Below are positions 19,022-29,169 of a stretch of 64,000 nt of DNA, piece by piece. The translations under genes and the position numbers were made by a program. The first letter of the stretch is position 1, and every line of letters begins with the position of its first letter. The notes beneath the pieces are model-generated. The model did not search any database and had not been told where the DNA came from. It saw nothing but the letters and a program-made list of their open reading frames with translations. Source of the stretch: Psychrilyobacter atlanticus DSM 19335 (GTDB lineage: Bacteria; Fusobacteriota; Fusobacteriia; Fusobacteriales; Fusobacteriaceae); contig NZ_KE384547.1 of assembly GCF_000426625.1 (NCBI RefSeq), forward strand, positions 1,477,159 through 1,541,158, written 5' to 3'.

Positions 19022-19549
19022 TTAAATTAGAGTAAGTTCTTGAGAAGTATCAGCATGAAGTTGTAATAATCTTACTATTTCAGGATCTGGTTTAATTATT
19101 TTCATCCCTAGTTTTTCTCTAGAATCTAACCTCGTTTGTCTATTTTCTAAATCAGTTTCGATTGCTTTAATCCTATTATTTATACTATCGATCTCACTTT
19201 GTTTATCATAGATCCAGATATTAGCGTTCCAGGTATAAAATTCTCCAGGAGAGGGAATAGTTTTTATCATATTCTCTTCTAAGATTTCACCAATTCCAAG
19301 GATTTTATACCCTTTTTCTATTTGCTCTCTATCGTTTAGAAAGTATAGAGTAAAATCAGATTGAATAGTATATGGTTCTACTAATTCTCCCTCGTATACA
19401 AAATGGATCTCTGGATCATAGTCATATGGGAATGCTTTTTCATATTTCCCATCAATTCTATTCTCATCCAAAGAAACAGATTTTATATGTTTTTCTTTTG
19501 CTAGTTCCCATGTATTGGCTGCTTCTTTTTTAAATAAGTTATATCTCAT
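19022..19549 (-). CDS. Putative tail fibre assembly or distal fibre protein
   Basis: Position immediately downstream of the tail fibre gene, as gpG sits in P2-like clusters. No motif. Confidence 0.3.
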   Translation of the reverse strand: MRYNLFKKEAANTWELAKEKHIKSVSLDENRIDGKYEKAFPYDYDPEIHFVYEGELVEPYTIQSDFTLYFLNDREQIEKGYKILGIGEILEENMIKTIPSPGEFYTWNANIWIYDKQSEIDSINNRIKAIETDLENRQTRLDSREKLGMKIIKPDPEIVRLLQLHADTSQELTLI

Positions 19550-19586
19550 TTTTCACCTCACTTTTTATCTCTCAACCAAAACAAAT

Positions 19587-20801
19587 TTAGAATTGTTTTG
19601 TAAAAGTAATCTCTGCAATATAATCACTTGAAGTTCCTAATAATCTATTAACTATGTAGTTCCTTCCATCTGTTGTAACCTTATATCCTTGTATGAAATG
19701 TACAACTGAACCCATGTCTTGAAAAGACACCTTACAGTTATTTCTTGTGAATCCTGTTGGATAAGGAATACTAATTAACTTTTGAAAATCACTCCCACTC
19801 ACTTTTACTACTTTTGTTAAATTCTCTATTTGTTCTGTATTATTCTGTATTGCATTTTTATTTGTATTAGCTAACCCAAGAGCTTCTAATGCTTTATCAT
19901 AAGCGGTTTTCACTGCTAATGCTGATGCTACTAAAGTTTTACTTGTTGAATTAACTAGATGGGTTATATTAAGGTTGAATCCTGTCTTTTTAGTAAATTT
20001 AGGCTCTTTTTCACTTGCTAAAGTATAAGCCTGGTTAGCTTTTGTCTGCGCCGAATTAGCTGTGTTTTGAGCTGATGTAGCTTTAGTTAACGCAGCTGCG
20101 CCTTTATCATAAGCAATTTTTACAGCATATGCTGAAGCTATTAAGACTTTACTTGTTGAACTAATTACATGAGAAAAACTTCTATTAAAAGCATCTTTTT
20201 TAGTAAATGCAGGCTCTCCTCCTAGATCACTAGCCCTTTTATCTCCTTCCATTACTGTTCCGGTAATAGTTCCAAATGATTTGTTAAAAGCGTCATTCTT
20301 ATTAAACTTATCTTCTTTAGTTGCTAGACCTTCTACAAGGTCTTTTATGGTAGCATAGACATTACTTTGATCTATAACCGCATTGATAGTTGCTGCACTT
20401 GAAATATAGGTAATAATGTCTTCTACTGATTCTATGACCCCACTGGATTCATTGGGAATTAAATTTGGTGTGTCTGTATTGCAATATGAATAAAGGATCT
20501 CAACTCCATCTTCTCCCCTGGCATAAACTCCTACTTCTCTTAAATATGTATCTTCTATAAAACCCTTATTATTAAAGGATATCCTTATCCTATATCCTCC
20601 ATTAGGTAGTTTGGATGAACTGGTAATACTTAAAATTTTAAAACTATCTATTAGAGAAGTTAAAGCTTCTTTATCTGTTCCTAAAGGAAGGATCCCTTTC
20701 CCAATTTCGACCTTAGTAAAGACTATAGCTTCTCCTAAGATAGCTCTAGCTAATAGTTCTTTCCCTTTGTTGGTTAGGACTGTACCTGTATATTTAGCCA
20801 T
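19587..20801 (-). CDS. Tail fibre protein with an internal tandem repeat
   Basis: Position after baseplate proteins J and I. An internal block of about 50 aa is duplicated (EPAFTKKDAFNRSF...AYAVKIAYDKGAAAL / EPKFTKKTGFNLNI...ALAVKTAYDKALEAL), as in phage tail-fibre repeat families. Confidence 0.55.
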   Translation of the reverse strand: MAKYTGTVLTNKGKELLARAILGEAIVFTKVEIGKGILPLGTDKEALTSLIDSFKILSITSSSKLPNGGYRIRISFNNKGFIEDTYLREVGVYARGEDGVEILYSYCNTDTPNLIPNESSGVIESVEDIITYISSAATINAVIDQSNVYATIKDLVEGLATKEDKFNKNDAFNKSFGTITGTVMEGDKRASDLGGEPAFTKKDAFNRSFSHVISSTSKVLIASAYAVKIAYDKGAAALTKATSAQNTANSAQTKANQAYTLASEKEPKFTKKTGFNLNITHLVNSTSKTLVASALAVKTAYDKALEALGLANTNKNAIQNNTEQIENLTKVVKVSGSDFQKLISIPYPTGFTRNNCKVSFQDMGSVVHFIQGYKVTTDGRNYIVNRLLGTSSDYIAEITFTKQF

Positions 20802-21414
20802 TTCTTCCTCCTAAATATTTTTCGAAATCTGAAGCTACATTAGGATCTAATGGAATAACCTCATAAAGTGATGAATGAAAAACAGTTCCTGAGTAGTTTG
20901 TCCCTTCCCATTGGCTACTGACTATAATTCCATCCAGAGAACTCCTTTCATTTTTAGTCATATTAATTGATTTATATAGTTCTTTTAGTTTTTCACTTGT
21001 TGGCGGGACACTTCCAATGATCTTGAAATGATATGGATTCCCATCATATTCTGACCATTCCAAAAGTTCAAAATCACCATGAATATCTTTCATTGTTTTT
21101 TCAACTGCATACCTGGTCCCCTTTGTTTTTCTGACAATATATGCAGTTTCTACTAAACTAGCTTTAATATCTTTGGATAAGGTCTGCTCGTATCCCTCAA
21201 CTCTCCATTGATATGCTAACTCATCCAAGACAGGCTCATCTAATATCTTGAAATTTCCATAGAGAAAAAGGTTCTTTTCCCTGGTATTAATCAGATCTAA
21301 TTCTTCCTGGATAATCTGAACTAAAAACTTTATCTCTTCATCTTCCTGAAGGAAATTAGGAAGAAGTCTTAAGATTGAAATATCATCTATTTTAATCATC
21401 TTCCACTCCCCCAT
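20794..21414 (-). CDS. Baseplate/tail protein I-like
   Basis: Position between the baseplate J gene and the fibre gene. Size about 200 aa. Confidence 0.4.
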   Translation of the reverse strand: MGEWKMIKIDDISILRLLPNFLQEDEEIKFLVQIIQEELDLINTREKNLFLYGNFKILDEPVLDELAYQWRVEGYEQTLSKDIKASLVETAYIVRKTKGTRYAVEKTMKDIHGDFELLEWSEYDGNPYHFKIIGSVPPTSEKLKELYKSINMTKNERSSLDGIIVSSQWEGTNYSGTVFHSSLYEVIPLDPNVASDFEKYLGGRNG

Positions 21415-22489
21415 ATCTGATATTTAAATTTATTTCCTTGGCCACTTCAAATGAGTTAACAATTTTAAAAGTTGGAGATACAACAGTAACTCTCTTAGCT
21501 CCTGCGCTTCTAACTAGATAAACTAATTCAGTAGGAGTTATATCTCTTTTAAGAGCTCCTTTTTGCCAGGTTACATATTCACTAACTGCCTTATTAACCT
21601 GTTCCTGGATCTCATTTACTAACCCTATATTTCGATTAGAGATATAGTAGGTAAAATCTATATCATAGTTTATTTGCGTAGGTTTATTGACTACTAGATT
21701 ATCAGTTAAGGGTCTTCTCTTATCTGCACTACAAATAGTCAGGACATCTTGAAGTACACTATCAGTAGGAAGTTCACCACCCTTCATTAGAGGAGTTATA
21801 CGGACTGTTCCTGGAGTAGTCATCTCTACATTTACATCTATGATCTCCTGGTTAGCAGTTTTGGCCCAATAGATATATCCATCTCCCGGACCTGCAGTTG
21901 AGAACTTACTTGGAGCAGTTCGGATCCTTTCCTTTAAACTTTCATCGGATTCTATCTCAGCTCCTCCTTGGGAGATCTCCATATTTATTACTGATTTAAA
22001 AAATGGAAAAGGATCAACTATCTTGTTTATTTCTCCTGGAAGGTATCCGTTTCCAACTATCCCTTCTTCGGTGCAAACAGCAATAACTTCTTTAATAGTT
22101 TCTCCTGGTTTAAATTCAAAATATGGTGTTAGAAAATACATGTTATTCCCTGGTGTTACCCTTACCGGATTAACTCCTAAAAGGTGTTCCTTTGCTTCCT
22201 CTATCTCAAACTTTAAGAGTACACTGGCTTTTTTAGCTCCCAATCTTTCTGTATCTGTAAAGGCTCCCATCTCAGTGGCATAGTCTCCCTTTGTATACCT
22301 GAGTAGATTCATCTTGAGTCCCTCATTAGTGGCTTCATTTCTGATAAATAAAGAATAAGCAACTGTCTGCAGTAGCCACCTTCTTTCATCTGCTAACCCT
22401 AAAGAAACACCGCTTAACTCTTCATACTTTTTAACCATCCTTCCGAGTATCTCTTCAGAACTTTCATTATGTATATTTAAATCATTCAA
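21392..22489 (-). CDS. Baseplate J-like protein
   Basis: 365 aa. Position after the gp25-like gene. Conserved baseplate order V-W-J-I-H. Confidence 0.55.
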   Translation of the reverse strand: MNDLNIHNESSEEILGRMVKKYEELSGVSLGLADERRWLLQTVAYSLFIRNEATNEGLKMNLLRYTKGDYATEMGAFTDTERLGAKKASVLLKFEIEEAKEHLLGVNPVRVTPGNNMYFLTPYFEFKPGETIKEVIAVCTEEGIVGNGYLPGEINKIVDPFPFFKSVINMEISQGGAEIESDESLKERIRTAPSKFSTAGPGDGYIYWAKTANQEIIDVNVEMTTPGTVRITPLMKGGELPTDSVLQDVLTICSADKRRPLTDNLVVNKPTQINYDIDFTYYISNRNIGLVNEIQEQVNKAVSEYVTWQKGALKRDITPTELVYLVRSAGAKRVTVVSPTFKIVNSFEVAKEINLNIRYGGVEDD

Positions 22490-22781
22490 TAATACTCACC
22501 TCCATAATGGGCTTTAAAGTTCCCCTTTGATGATCTGTTATATATTCAATCTTATGTATCTTTAATCGAGGCTCATATTTTTTAAATTGGGTTTGGATAT
22601 TCATCAAGGCAGCACTCCTATTAAGTGGTGAATCAACTATATCTCCATTTATTCCAATTCTCCTGGCCAGGATAACTTCTCCTATGACTACTGAAAGGAT
22701 GTTTCTCCCATTTTGAAGAATCCTATCTATTCCGGTAGCTTTTAGATTAACTGTATTTTTCGGTTCTAATCTATAGATCAT
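22482..22781 (-). CDS. Baseplate wedge protein, GPW/gp25-like
   Basis: 99 aa. Position and size match gpW/gp25. Overlapping start and stop with its neighbours. Confidence 0.5.
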   Translation of the reverse strand: MIYRLEPKNTVNLKATGIDRILQNGRNILSVVIGEVILARRIGINGDIVDSPLNRSAALMNIQTQFKKYEPRLKIHKIEYITDHQRGTLKPIMEVSIIE

Positions 22782-23299
22782 TAAGCCTCACCTCTGTCTA
22801 TCATTCCCTGGTTAAATCCTTGAGGAACACTCTTTTTCTTGGTAGCTTTTTTAGGTTTAATAACTACATCTGTATTTTTGTATATCAGTTCCACATACTC
22901 TTCTAATGTAAGGGAGACATCAATCTTCCTTACCTTTCCGCCATTGGTTATATACTCATATCCGGCATCATAGGAGGTAATAACATACTGACCACTTCTT
23001 ATGGGTTTATCCCCTAAATTAAAATCTAAAGTTTCTCCAGTATTTTTGTATAGGTCTAATTTTTTAACTAGTTCCAGGGGATCTACTCCAAAGTCACTCC
23101 TAAGAACCATTTTGAATGTAAGAATATCGGTTTTCAGATCTATAAACTCCAGAGCAGGTTTCTGCCCTTTCCGGCTATGTTTTTCATAATTAGCTCCGCC
23201 GCTTAATTTTAAATTGATAAAATTCAATATTTTCTTATTCTTTCCATCAAAGGAGACCTCAAAAGGAATATCTCCTAATCTTCCTATCATTGTTATCAC
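22781..23299 (-). CDS. Hypothetical baseplate-module protein
   Basis: 172 aa, between the V-like and W-like genes. No motif. Confidence 0.3.
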   Translation of the reverse strand: MITMIGRLGDIPFEVSFDGKNKKILNFINLKLSGGANYEKHSRKGQKPALEFIDLKTDILTFKMVLRSDFGVDPLELVKKLDLYKNTGETLDFNLGDKPIRSGQYVITSYDAGYEYITNGGKVRKIDVSLTLEEYVELIYKNTDVVIKPKKATKKKSVPQGFNQGMIDRGEA

Positions 23300-23412
23300 C
23301 TCATTTAAATTTGACTTTTTGCAATTTATGATGAAGACTTTAAATAAGAAGAGATGTTGTCTTCATGTTATTGTCCTTTTAAAAGCCTTAACTCGCGAAG
23401 TTAAGGCTTTTA

Positions 23413-24048
23413 TTATTCTGGGACTGTAGTTGGTCTATTTTCAGCATCTTTATGTTTATGAAGGTCTACATCGCCTTTAGGAGTGGTAAGTTTAGTTACT
23501 CCTACTTCTTCAGCGGTAATATTCTTGGCAGTTGTTATTGCATCTATATTTAATGAAGTTCCTATAATGGAAGTAGCTTTTGAATTAATAGTTAGTTTGT
23601 CTGTAGTAATCACTATATTTTTAGAAGATATATTTACGTTTTTAGCTCCCTTTATATCTATATCACCTACACAATCAACTTCTAATAGGTGGCTTTCAAA
23701 GTTATATTTGACCTTAGTTCCATCTGGAAAGATAATATATTTCATCTTCCCGGAATCTTTAGGTAGGTTTTTTTCAGTTGAGTAGCTCCCTAAAATAAAG
23801 CCTGCTCCTTCATTTGAGCCAGGTAAAAATATACAAACTACATCTTCTTTTAAGCTGGGCATTGAATAATTTTTTTCTTTGTTAGTATGATCTGTTAAAA
23901 CTTGTAAAGGTTTAGATATTTCTCCAGGAGTATCATCAAACTCTACCCTTGCTGTAGTATCCTTATAACTTATAGATGATATCTTCCCAGTCCTTAAAAA
24001 CCTAAACTCCATTAAAAGTTCAACCTCCTTCTCATTTCTAAACTGCAT
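23413..24048 (-). CDS. Baseplate spike/assembly protein V-like
   Basis: 211 aa (P2 gpV is also 211 aa). Position downstream of the late-control-D-like gene. Confidence 0.4.
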   Translation of the reverse strand: MQFRNEKEVELLMEFRFLRTGKISSISYKDTTARVEFDDTPGEISKPLQVLTDHTNKEKNYSMPSLKEDVVCIFLPGSNEGAGFILGSYSTEKNLPKDSGKMKYIIFPDGTKVKYNFESHLLEVDCVGDIDIKGAKNVNISSKNIVITTDKLTINSKATSIIGTSLNIDAITTAKNITAEEVGVTKLTTPKGDVDLHKHKDAENRPTTVPE

Positions 24049-25058
24049 ATATATTCCCTGGTAATATCATGGGTAACTGAAGTTATTAAATACACTCCAT
24101 CATATCTTCCAAATCCTAAAATTTTAGTTGTTAAACCTGCTAAGTATTCTGGATCTCCCATATGAGATATTTTCATCTTTGTTTCATTTTTATTCATATT
24201 TCTAAGTATCTTTTTTGCACGTTCATTTAAAAATTTTTCTTTTTCTTCTTTTGTTGTTCCAGTAACTTTTGTATCTACATTTTTATAGAGAATCTTTCCT
24301 GTTTTCACCTTATAGAAAGAACTCGTAGGGGCTTCGTATTCCCCCTTTAAGAGCTCTCCTAAAATTGGATCATAGAATGTTAGTTCACATCCATCATAGA
24401 CCTCTAAATCATCACATTGGAGGTCATAACTCTCCAGATCTGATTTATTAAAAGTAATAACTGTTTCTTTATCTTCATATGTCTTTTCATCGAAAAGAAT
24501 AATTTTATCCATAGTTATCTTTAAAGCCATTCCCTGCTCTTTTGAGAGCCTAGCCAGCAAACTGGCATCTGATTCTTTTAATTGGTTTACCTTATCAAAA
24601 GTAAACTCTTCAGGACAGTCATAGAATAGATCCATGGAATAATTAGTTGATATTTCCTGTGCGATCTCTCTCAGAGATACATTCTCCCAAGTATTATCTT
24701 TTTTCACTCCTTTAAGGTCTTTGGTTACATCTATAGAAGTTGCTGAGATACTCATGGTGTCTGGAGTTCCAGAAAAAGAAAGATCATCTATGGTAAATAT
24801 TCCACATTTTAAGGTTCTGTTATCTCCTTCATTTCTCCAGTTAATAACTCCTAATTCGATTTTAAGCTTATCTCCCTTTAAGATCGTCCATTCTTTTATC
24901 CATTTATCACCTGTGAGGCTGAGAGTTACACTGTCGCCCTTATCCAGGTTATCTGTATATGAAAACCCTTTGATATATGGTGATGTGTCTCCTGTGATAT
25001 CCTTGCCTTCATAGGTTACAGTTAAGTATGTTCTCCTGGATATCATGGCTGCCTCCAA
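24012..25058 (-). CDS. Late control gene D-like tail/baseplate hub protein
   Basis: 348 aa. Position immediately after the tape measure and LysM-like X protein, as in P2 and PBSX. Confidence 0.45.
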   Translation of the reverse strand: MEAAMISRRTYLTVTYEGKDITGDTSPYIKGFSYTDNLDKGDSVTLSLTGDKWIKEWTILKGDKLKIELGVINWRNEGDNRTLKCGIFTIDDLSFSGTPDTMSISATSIDVTKDLKGVKKDNTWENVSLREIAQEISTNYSMDLFYDCPEEFTFDKVNQLKESDASLLARLSKEQGMALKITMDKIILFDEKTYEDKETVITFNKSDLESYDLQCDDLEVYDGCELTFYDPILGELLKGEYEAPTSSFYKVKTGKILYKNVDTKVTGTTKEEKEKFLNERAKKILRNMNKNETKMKISHMGDPEYLAGLTTKILGFGRYDGVYLITSVTHDITREYICSLEMRRRLNF

Positions 25059-25258
25059 GGTGGAAGGGATAAGTTTTTAGTATTAGGTATATCAGGACAT
25101 ATTAACTCTATTCCACCACTGAAGATAGCTATATTCATATATCTGGGATTAGCTCGTATTAATGATTTAGAAAATTTATCTTCTCCGTATACTTTGAAAC
25201 TAATATTATCCCAGGTATCACCTTGGATAGTTTTGTATATATCCACTTCTCTAGTCAA
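25043..25258 (-). CDS. Tail protein X-like (LysM-like) protein
   Basis: 71 aa. The YKTIQGDTWDNISFKVYG motif resembles a LysM-like motif. Position after the tape measure. Confidence 0.45.
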   Translation of the reverse strand: MTREVDIYKTIQGDTWDNISFKVYGEDKFSKSLIRANPRYMNIAIFSGGIELICPDIPNTKNLSLPPWRQP

Positions 25259-27989
25259 AAGCCATCCTCCTTTCAGATTTGATTCCCTCTGCTATTGTTT
25301 CTTTTACAACCTTTTTTATCATTTTTACTAAGTCTTCGTTTGAGCTTTTCAATAAGTCACCTATGTTTTCCATGTTTCCTATGATTGTAGGTTTGTTTTC
25401 TATGTTAAATTCAAATTTATTCTCTATATTTGTCTTTAATATTTTTTCTTTAACAGTAGAAGCTAAGGCGGGAATTCCTTTCCCCGCAAACATTCCTAAT
25501 TTATTTCCTGCGTTATACCATAGATTTTTAGATCTTCCGCTACCATCATGAGGGATAATTGATTCAGGAGTTTTTCCATCTCCTACTAATGCTAAATGAG
25601 GATTACTTACTACTCCACCTTTTGCATAAGCAGGACCATTCCAATTACCAGATAGACCAGAATTTATAGAGGTATTTTGTCTTTTTCCATTTTTATCTTG
25701 TGTTAAATTTAATGTCTTAACTTGTTGAAGAGGAGGCATTTCATTATCCTTTTCCCCTTTGATCTTTTTCCAGTATCCATAAAGTTTCTTAATGCCTTTA
25801 ATCCACATTCCTAAAGGAGAGTATTCAAAAATCTTACTAATAGGACTTTCTTTAAATGCATTCCATAATTCAATTGTTTTAGTTTTAGTCTTGGTCAATC
25901 CTTCTTTTACTTTATCCCAATTCTTGTATATTAAATATACTCCTCCTGCTAATGCAGCTAAGGCTATTCCCCATGGAGAGAATAAAAGTGCCATTCCTGA
26001 TTTACCCAAGGATATTATTCCATTTCCTAAAGTTTTAAATCCTGTCCCTGCTATAGAAGCACCTGCTTTTAAAGTTTGAAAAGATTTCTTACCATTAGTA
26101 GTTATCAAATTAAAAGTGGGACCCCATTGTTTCCATTCCTTTATTTTTTTACCTGCAGACATAAATGCCCTATAGTCATCTTTCATTTTAAATACTTGTT
26201 CTAACCCTAACCTGGCTCCACCTGAAGCTAATCTTAATCCTACTAACCCTGTAATACCGTAAGCTAATGCTTTAGACATCTGAGGATGTTCTTCTGTAAA
26301 AGAGTTAATACCATCAGTTAGAGAAGTTATTCCGGATGTAGTAGATTTAATAGCCGGTAACATTAAGCTTGTAAATGACATAACTAACTGCCTGCTAGAT
26401 CTTATAGCTACTTTCATTGAACTGGCAGTTGTATCCATCTTATTTTTTAGTTCTGACATGGAGCTGCCGGAATACCCGGCTTTATCTTTAACTAATTTTA
26501 GGTTCTCTCCTAAAAACTTTAAATTGTCTGTTAAGAGTGGAACTGTAGAGAGTGCCTCTTCGCCAAATAGCTGTTTGGTTACTGCTAGCTGCTCTGATTT
26601 ATCTAATTGTTTTATCTGTTGAAATACTTTAAACATTGTTCCAGTAGCATTATCTTGTAGTTCTATACTTAGATCTACTGGATCTAATCCTAACTTTTGT
26701 AGAGCTTTTAATTTATCACCACTAGCTGAAGCTCCTGCGCTTAAAGTAGTAAATACTTTCTGTAATCCTGTAGCTGCCCTTCCAGTATCAGATACTCCTA
26801 GTGCTACTAAGGTTCCACCTAATGCTGCTGTTTCAGCTTCAGAGAAATTAGCTATCTTACCTAAACTTCCAACTCTTGTTGTCAGCTCTGCAATTTGTGC
26901 AGGAGAAGCTTTTATCTTAGCTCCTAGATAGTTCATTTTGTCGGCTAGATCTACTACTTCACCTTGGGTCATCTTAAATGATTGTCTCCAGGTAGCTAAC
27001 ATATCTCCTGCTTGACCTGTCTCCATATCAAAGGCTACAGATACCATAGCTGTATCTTTAGTAAACTTTGTAAGTTCATTCATCTTTATCCCGGCTTGTC
27101 CTGCTGCAGCTGCTATCTCATAAATTTGATTATTAAATAAAGGCAACTCCTTAGTTGCACTGAGGATATCCCTTTTAAATTTAAGAGCTTCTTTTCCTTG
27201 TAATCCTGTAGTTTTCTTTACATCCGCAAAAGCTGACTCATCGTCTATTGCAAACTTAACCCCTACACCAAGGGCTACTGCCTGCCCAACTCCTCTATAA
27301 AGAGAATTTCTTCCTTTTTCTTTATTAGAGGCTCTAAACTTTTTAAACCTTTCTTGATTCTCCTGGTATAAAGCTTTTTTCATCTCTTTAGATAATCGGA
27401 TCTGTTCCTTATATCTTTTGGCCATTTCGTTACTTCTAGCTAATGTGTTCTGTCTTTTAGATACCTGGCTTATTTGTTTAGAAAGTTCTTCCTGGCTTCT
27501 ACCATATTTATTTGTTTCCTGTTTAACTGACTTCATTTTACGCATTAAGTCAGTTAAAGATTTTCTTTCTTTGTCTGTACTAGCTCTTAGTTTATCTTCA
27601 GCTAATTTAGCCTTTTTAAACTCATTAATCATTTTCTTGGTAGGTTTAGATGTTCTCTCCAAAATTTTTTTCAAATCTTTAGTTTTTTTAGTCATTTCAA
27701 ATAGAGATCTTTGCTGTTCTGAATAAGTTTTTCTACCTTTAGTAAATTGAGTTTCTAGCTTTTTACTTTTTTGTTCTAACTTTGAGATCTCACGACTGGT
27801 AGTTTTAAGATTTTTCATTTCATTACTTAATTTTTTGACTTCTTCAGAACCTTTAGCAAAGTTTATATCTTTAACTTTTTTCATGTGATCGCTAAGTTTT
27901 TTTACTTCTTTTGAACTCTGATTAAAACTCTTGGTTAAAGAGGGATCAACCTTTCCTCCAATTTTTAATATAAAATTTCTATTGCTCAC
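25251..27989 (-). CDS. Tail tape measure protein
   Basis: 912 aa. Long N-terminal coiled coil, a Gly/Ala-rich central hydrophobic region and a C-terminal basic region. Position after the frameshifted chaperone. Apparent GTG start. Confidence 0.8.
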   Translation of the reverse strand: MSNRNFILKIGGKVDPSLTKSFNQSSKEVKKLSDHMKKVKDINFAKGSEEVKKLSNEMKNLKTTSREISKLEQKSKKLETQFTKGRKTYSEQQRSLFEMTKKTKDLKKILERTSKPTKKMINEFKKAKLAEDKLRASTDKERKSLTDLMRKMKSVKQETNKYGRSQEELSKQISQVSKRQNTLARSNEMAKRYKEQIRLSKEMKKALYQENQERFKKFRASNKEKGRNSLYRGVGQAVALGVGVKFAIDDESAFADVKKTTGLQGKEALKFKRDILSATKELPLFNNQIYEIAAAAGQAGIKMNELTKFTKDTAMVSVAFDMETGQAGDMLATWRQSFKMTQGEVVDLADKMNYLGAKIKASPAQIAELTTRVGSLGKIANFSEAETAALGGTLVALGVSDTGRAATGLQKVFTTLSAGASASGDKLKALQKLGLDPVDLSIELQDNATGTMFKVFQQIKQLDKSEQLAVTKQLFGEEALSTVPLLTDNLKFLGENLKLVKDKAGYSGSSMSELKNKMDTTASSMKVAIRSSRQLVMSFTSLMLPAIKSTTSGITSLTDGINSFTEEHPQMSKALAYGITGLVGLRLASGGARLGLEQVFKMKDDYRAFMSAGKKIKEWKQWGPTFNLITTNGKKSFQTLKAGASIAGTGFKTLGNGIISLGKSGMALLFSPWGIALAALAGGVYLIYKNWDKVKEGLTKTKTKTIELWNAFKESPISKIFEYSPLGMWIKGIKKLYGYWKKIKGEKDNEMPPLQQVKTLNLTQDKNGKRQNTSINSGLSGNWNGPAYAKGGVVSNPHLALVGDGKTPESIIPHDGSGRSKNLWYNAGNKLGMFAGKGIPALASTVKEKILKTNIENKFEFNIENKPTIIGNMENIGDLLKSSNEDLVKMIKKVVKETIAEGIKSERRMAFD

Positions 27990-28505
27990 TAGGGATCGCC
28001 TCCAACCAATTAACCAATTCTTCTAATCTCATCCTATAGAAAAAATCAGCTCCACTTTTTGTTAGTTTACCTGCCATTAGGATAGATTCTCTTAAGTCCT
28101 TAATTTTTTTCTTAGAGTTGAGATCTACCCTAGCAAGAAACCCTTGGTACATTCTGTTATCGTTTTAAAATCTTTAGATTTAATCTCTAATATTGCTTCA
28201 AATGGTAGCCCTGAAGCTTTAGCCGCAATAGCTCCTTGATATGCAGTTGAATAATTTGTATCTGGTAATGGAGTATAGAACTTTCCTAATGCCTCACTTT
28301 CAGCTTCACAAATATCTACTCCCGTAAGAGAATTAAAATCTAATTCTAGTTTCTCTATTATTTCACCATTGAAGTTGATAGGAATTCCTAGAGTAATAAT
28401 TACGATTTCGTTTTTTATTTCTAATTTTGTTTTTTCTTTAATTGTTTTTATTTCTGTTTTTACTACTGTTTTCTCACCTTCAGGCACTTCATCTTTACTT
28501 TTCAT
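27978..28505 (-). CDS. Tail assembly chaperone with a programmed -1 frameshift (G/GT-type)
   Basis: Frame 0 is the ORF 28125..28505 (126 aa). A canonical slippery heptamer G GGT TTC (plus strand 28137..28143) lies 5 codons before the stop. The -1 frame stays open for 54 more codons and ends at 27978..27980, just inside the tape-measure start. Position between tube and tape measure. Confidence 0.5.
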
Positions 28506-28653
28506 TAGAACCTCCTAAGTTTTTAATTTGACTTTTCATAATATTTGAAGTAATAATATGACTGTATTGATGTTTATTAGACCAAACATACATACCGCCT
28601 TTAAAGTAAAAAGCTCTCGTCGACTTTACGAGGACTTTTTACTTTTTTCTTTT

Positions 28654-29169
28654 CTATAGAAAATCATCATCTTCTAGATAATTAACCCCATCTACTACAA
28701 ATTTATTGTTAAGTTTATCAATATGAAGATTTTCTATCTCGTCTACAAATACTCTTAAACTAATTACTTCAAATTCTGCTTCTGTGTCCATTGCCTTGGC
28801 TGTTTCTGCTTTCCCTAAGTTCTTATTCTTAGGAGTTACTTTAGCCATGATTCTTATCTTTCTATTCCTCATCCTTCCTATAGGGCTTCCTGGATCAGCC
28901 ATCTGAAGATTACCTCTAAAAGCAAGCTGATGTGTAATAGGAGCAAGAAGTGTTGTAAATTGAGCATTGACCGCCCTTTTCTTTATTTTAATTCCCATAG
29001 ATTTAGTTAATCCGGCAATAGGAACTTCTAATTCTCCTGCTATTCCTGATCCTGTAACTGTATCAGTCATAAACTGGATATTAGGCAGCTCTACGTCTAC
29101 TGTTCCTACTTCTTTCAATGCATTTAGATACAAACTAAATCCTTGTAGAGATATTGGAAATCCATTCAT
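28654..29169 (-). CDS. Tail tube protein
   Basis: 171 aa, immediately downstream of the sheath gene. The stop of the sheath gene and the start of this gene overlap. Confidence 0.55.
   Translation of the reverse strand: MNGFPISLQGFSLYLNALKEVGTVDVELPNIQFMTDTVTGSGIAGELEVPIAGLTKSMGIKIKKRAVNAQFTTLLAPITHQLAFRGNLQMADPGSPIGRMRNRKIRIMAKVTPKNKNLGKAETAKAMDTEAEFEVISLRVFVDEIENLHIDKLNNKFVVDGVNYLEDDDFL

Noticed and set aside
27987-27989. Mis-called tape-measure start (GTG).
   Set aside because: There is no in-frame ATG upstream. The overlap with the frameshifted chaperone stop is the conserved arrangement, so the GTG start is retained.
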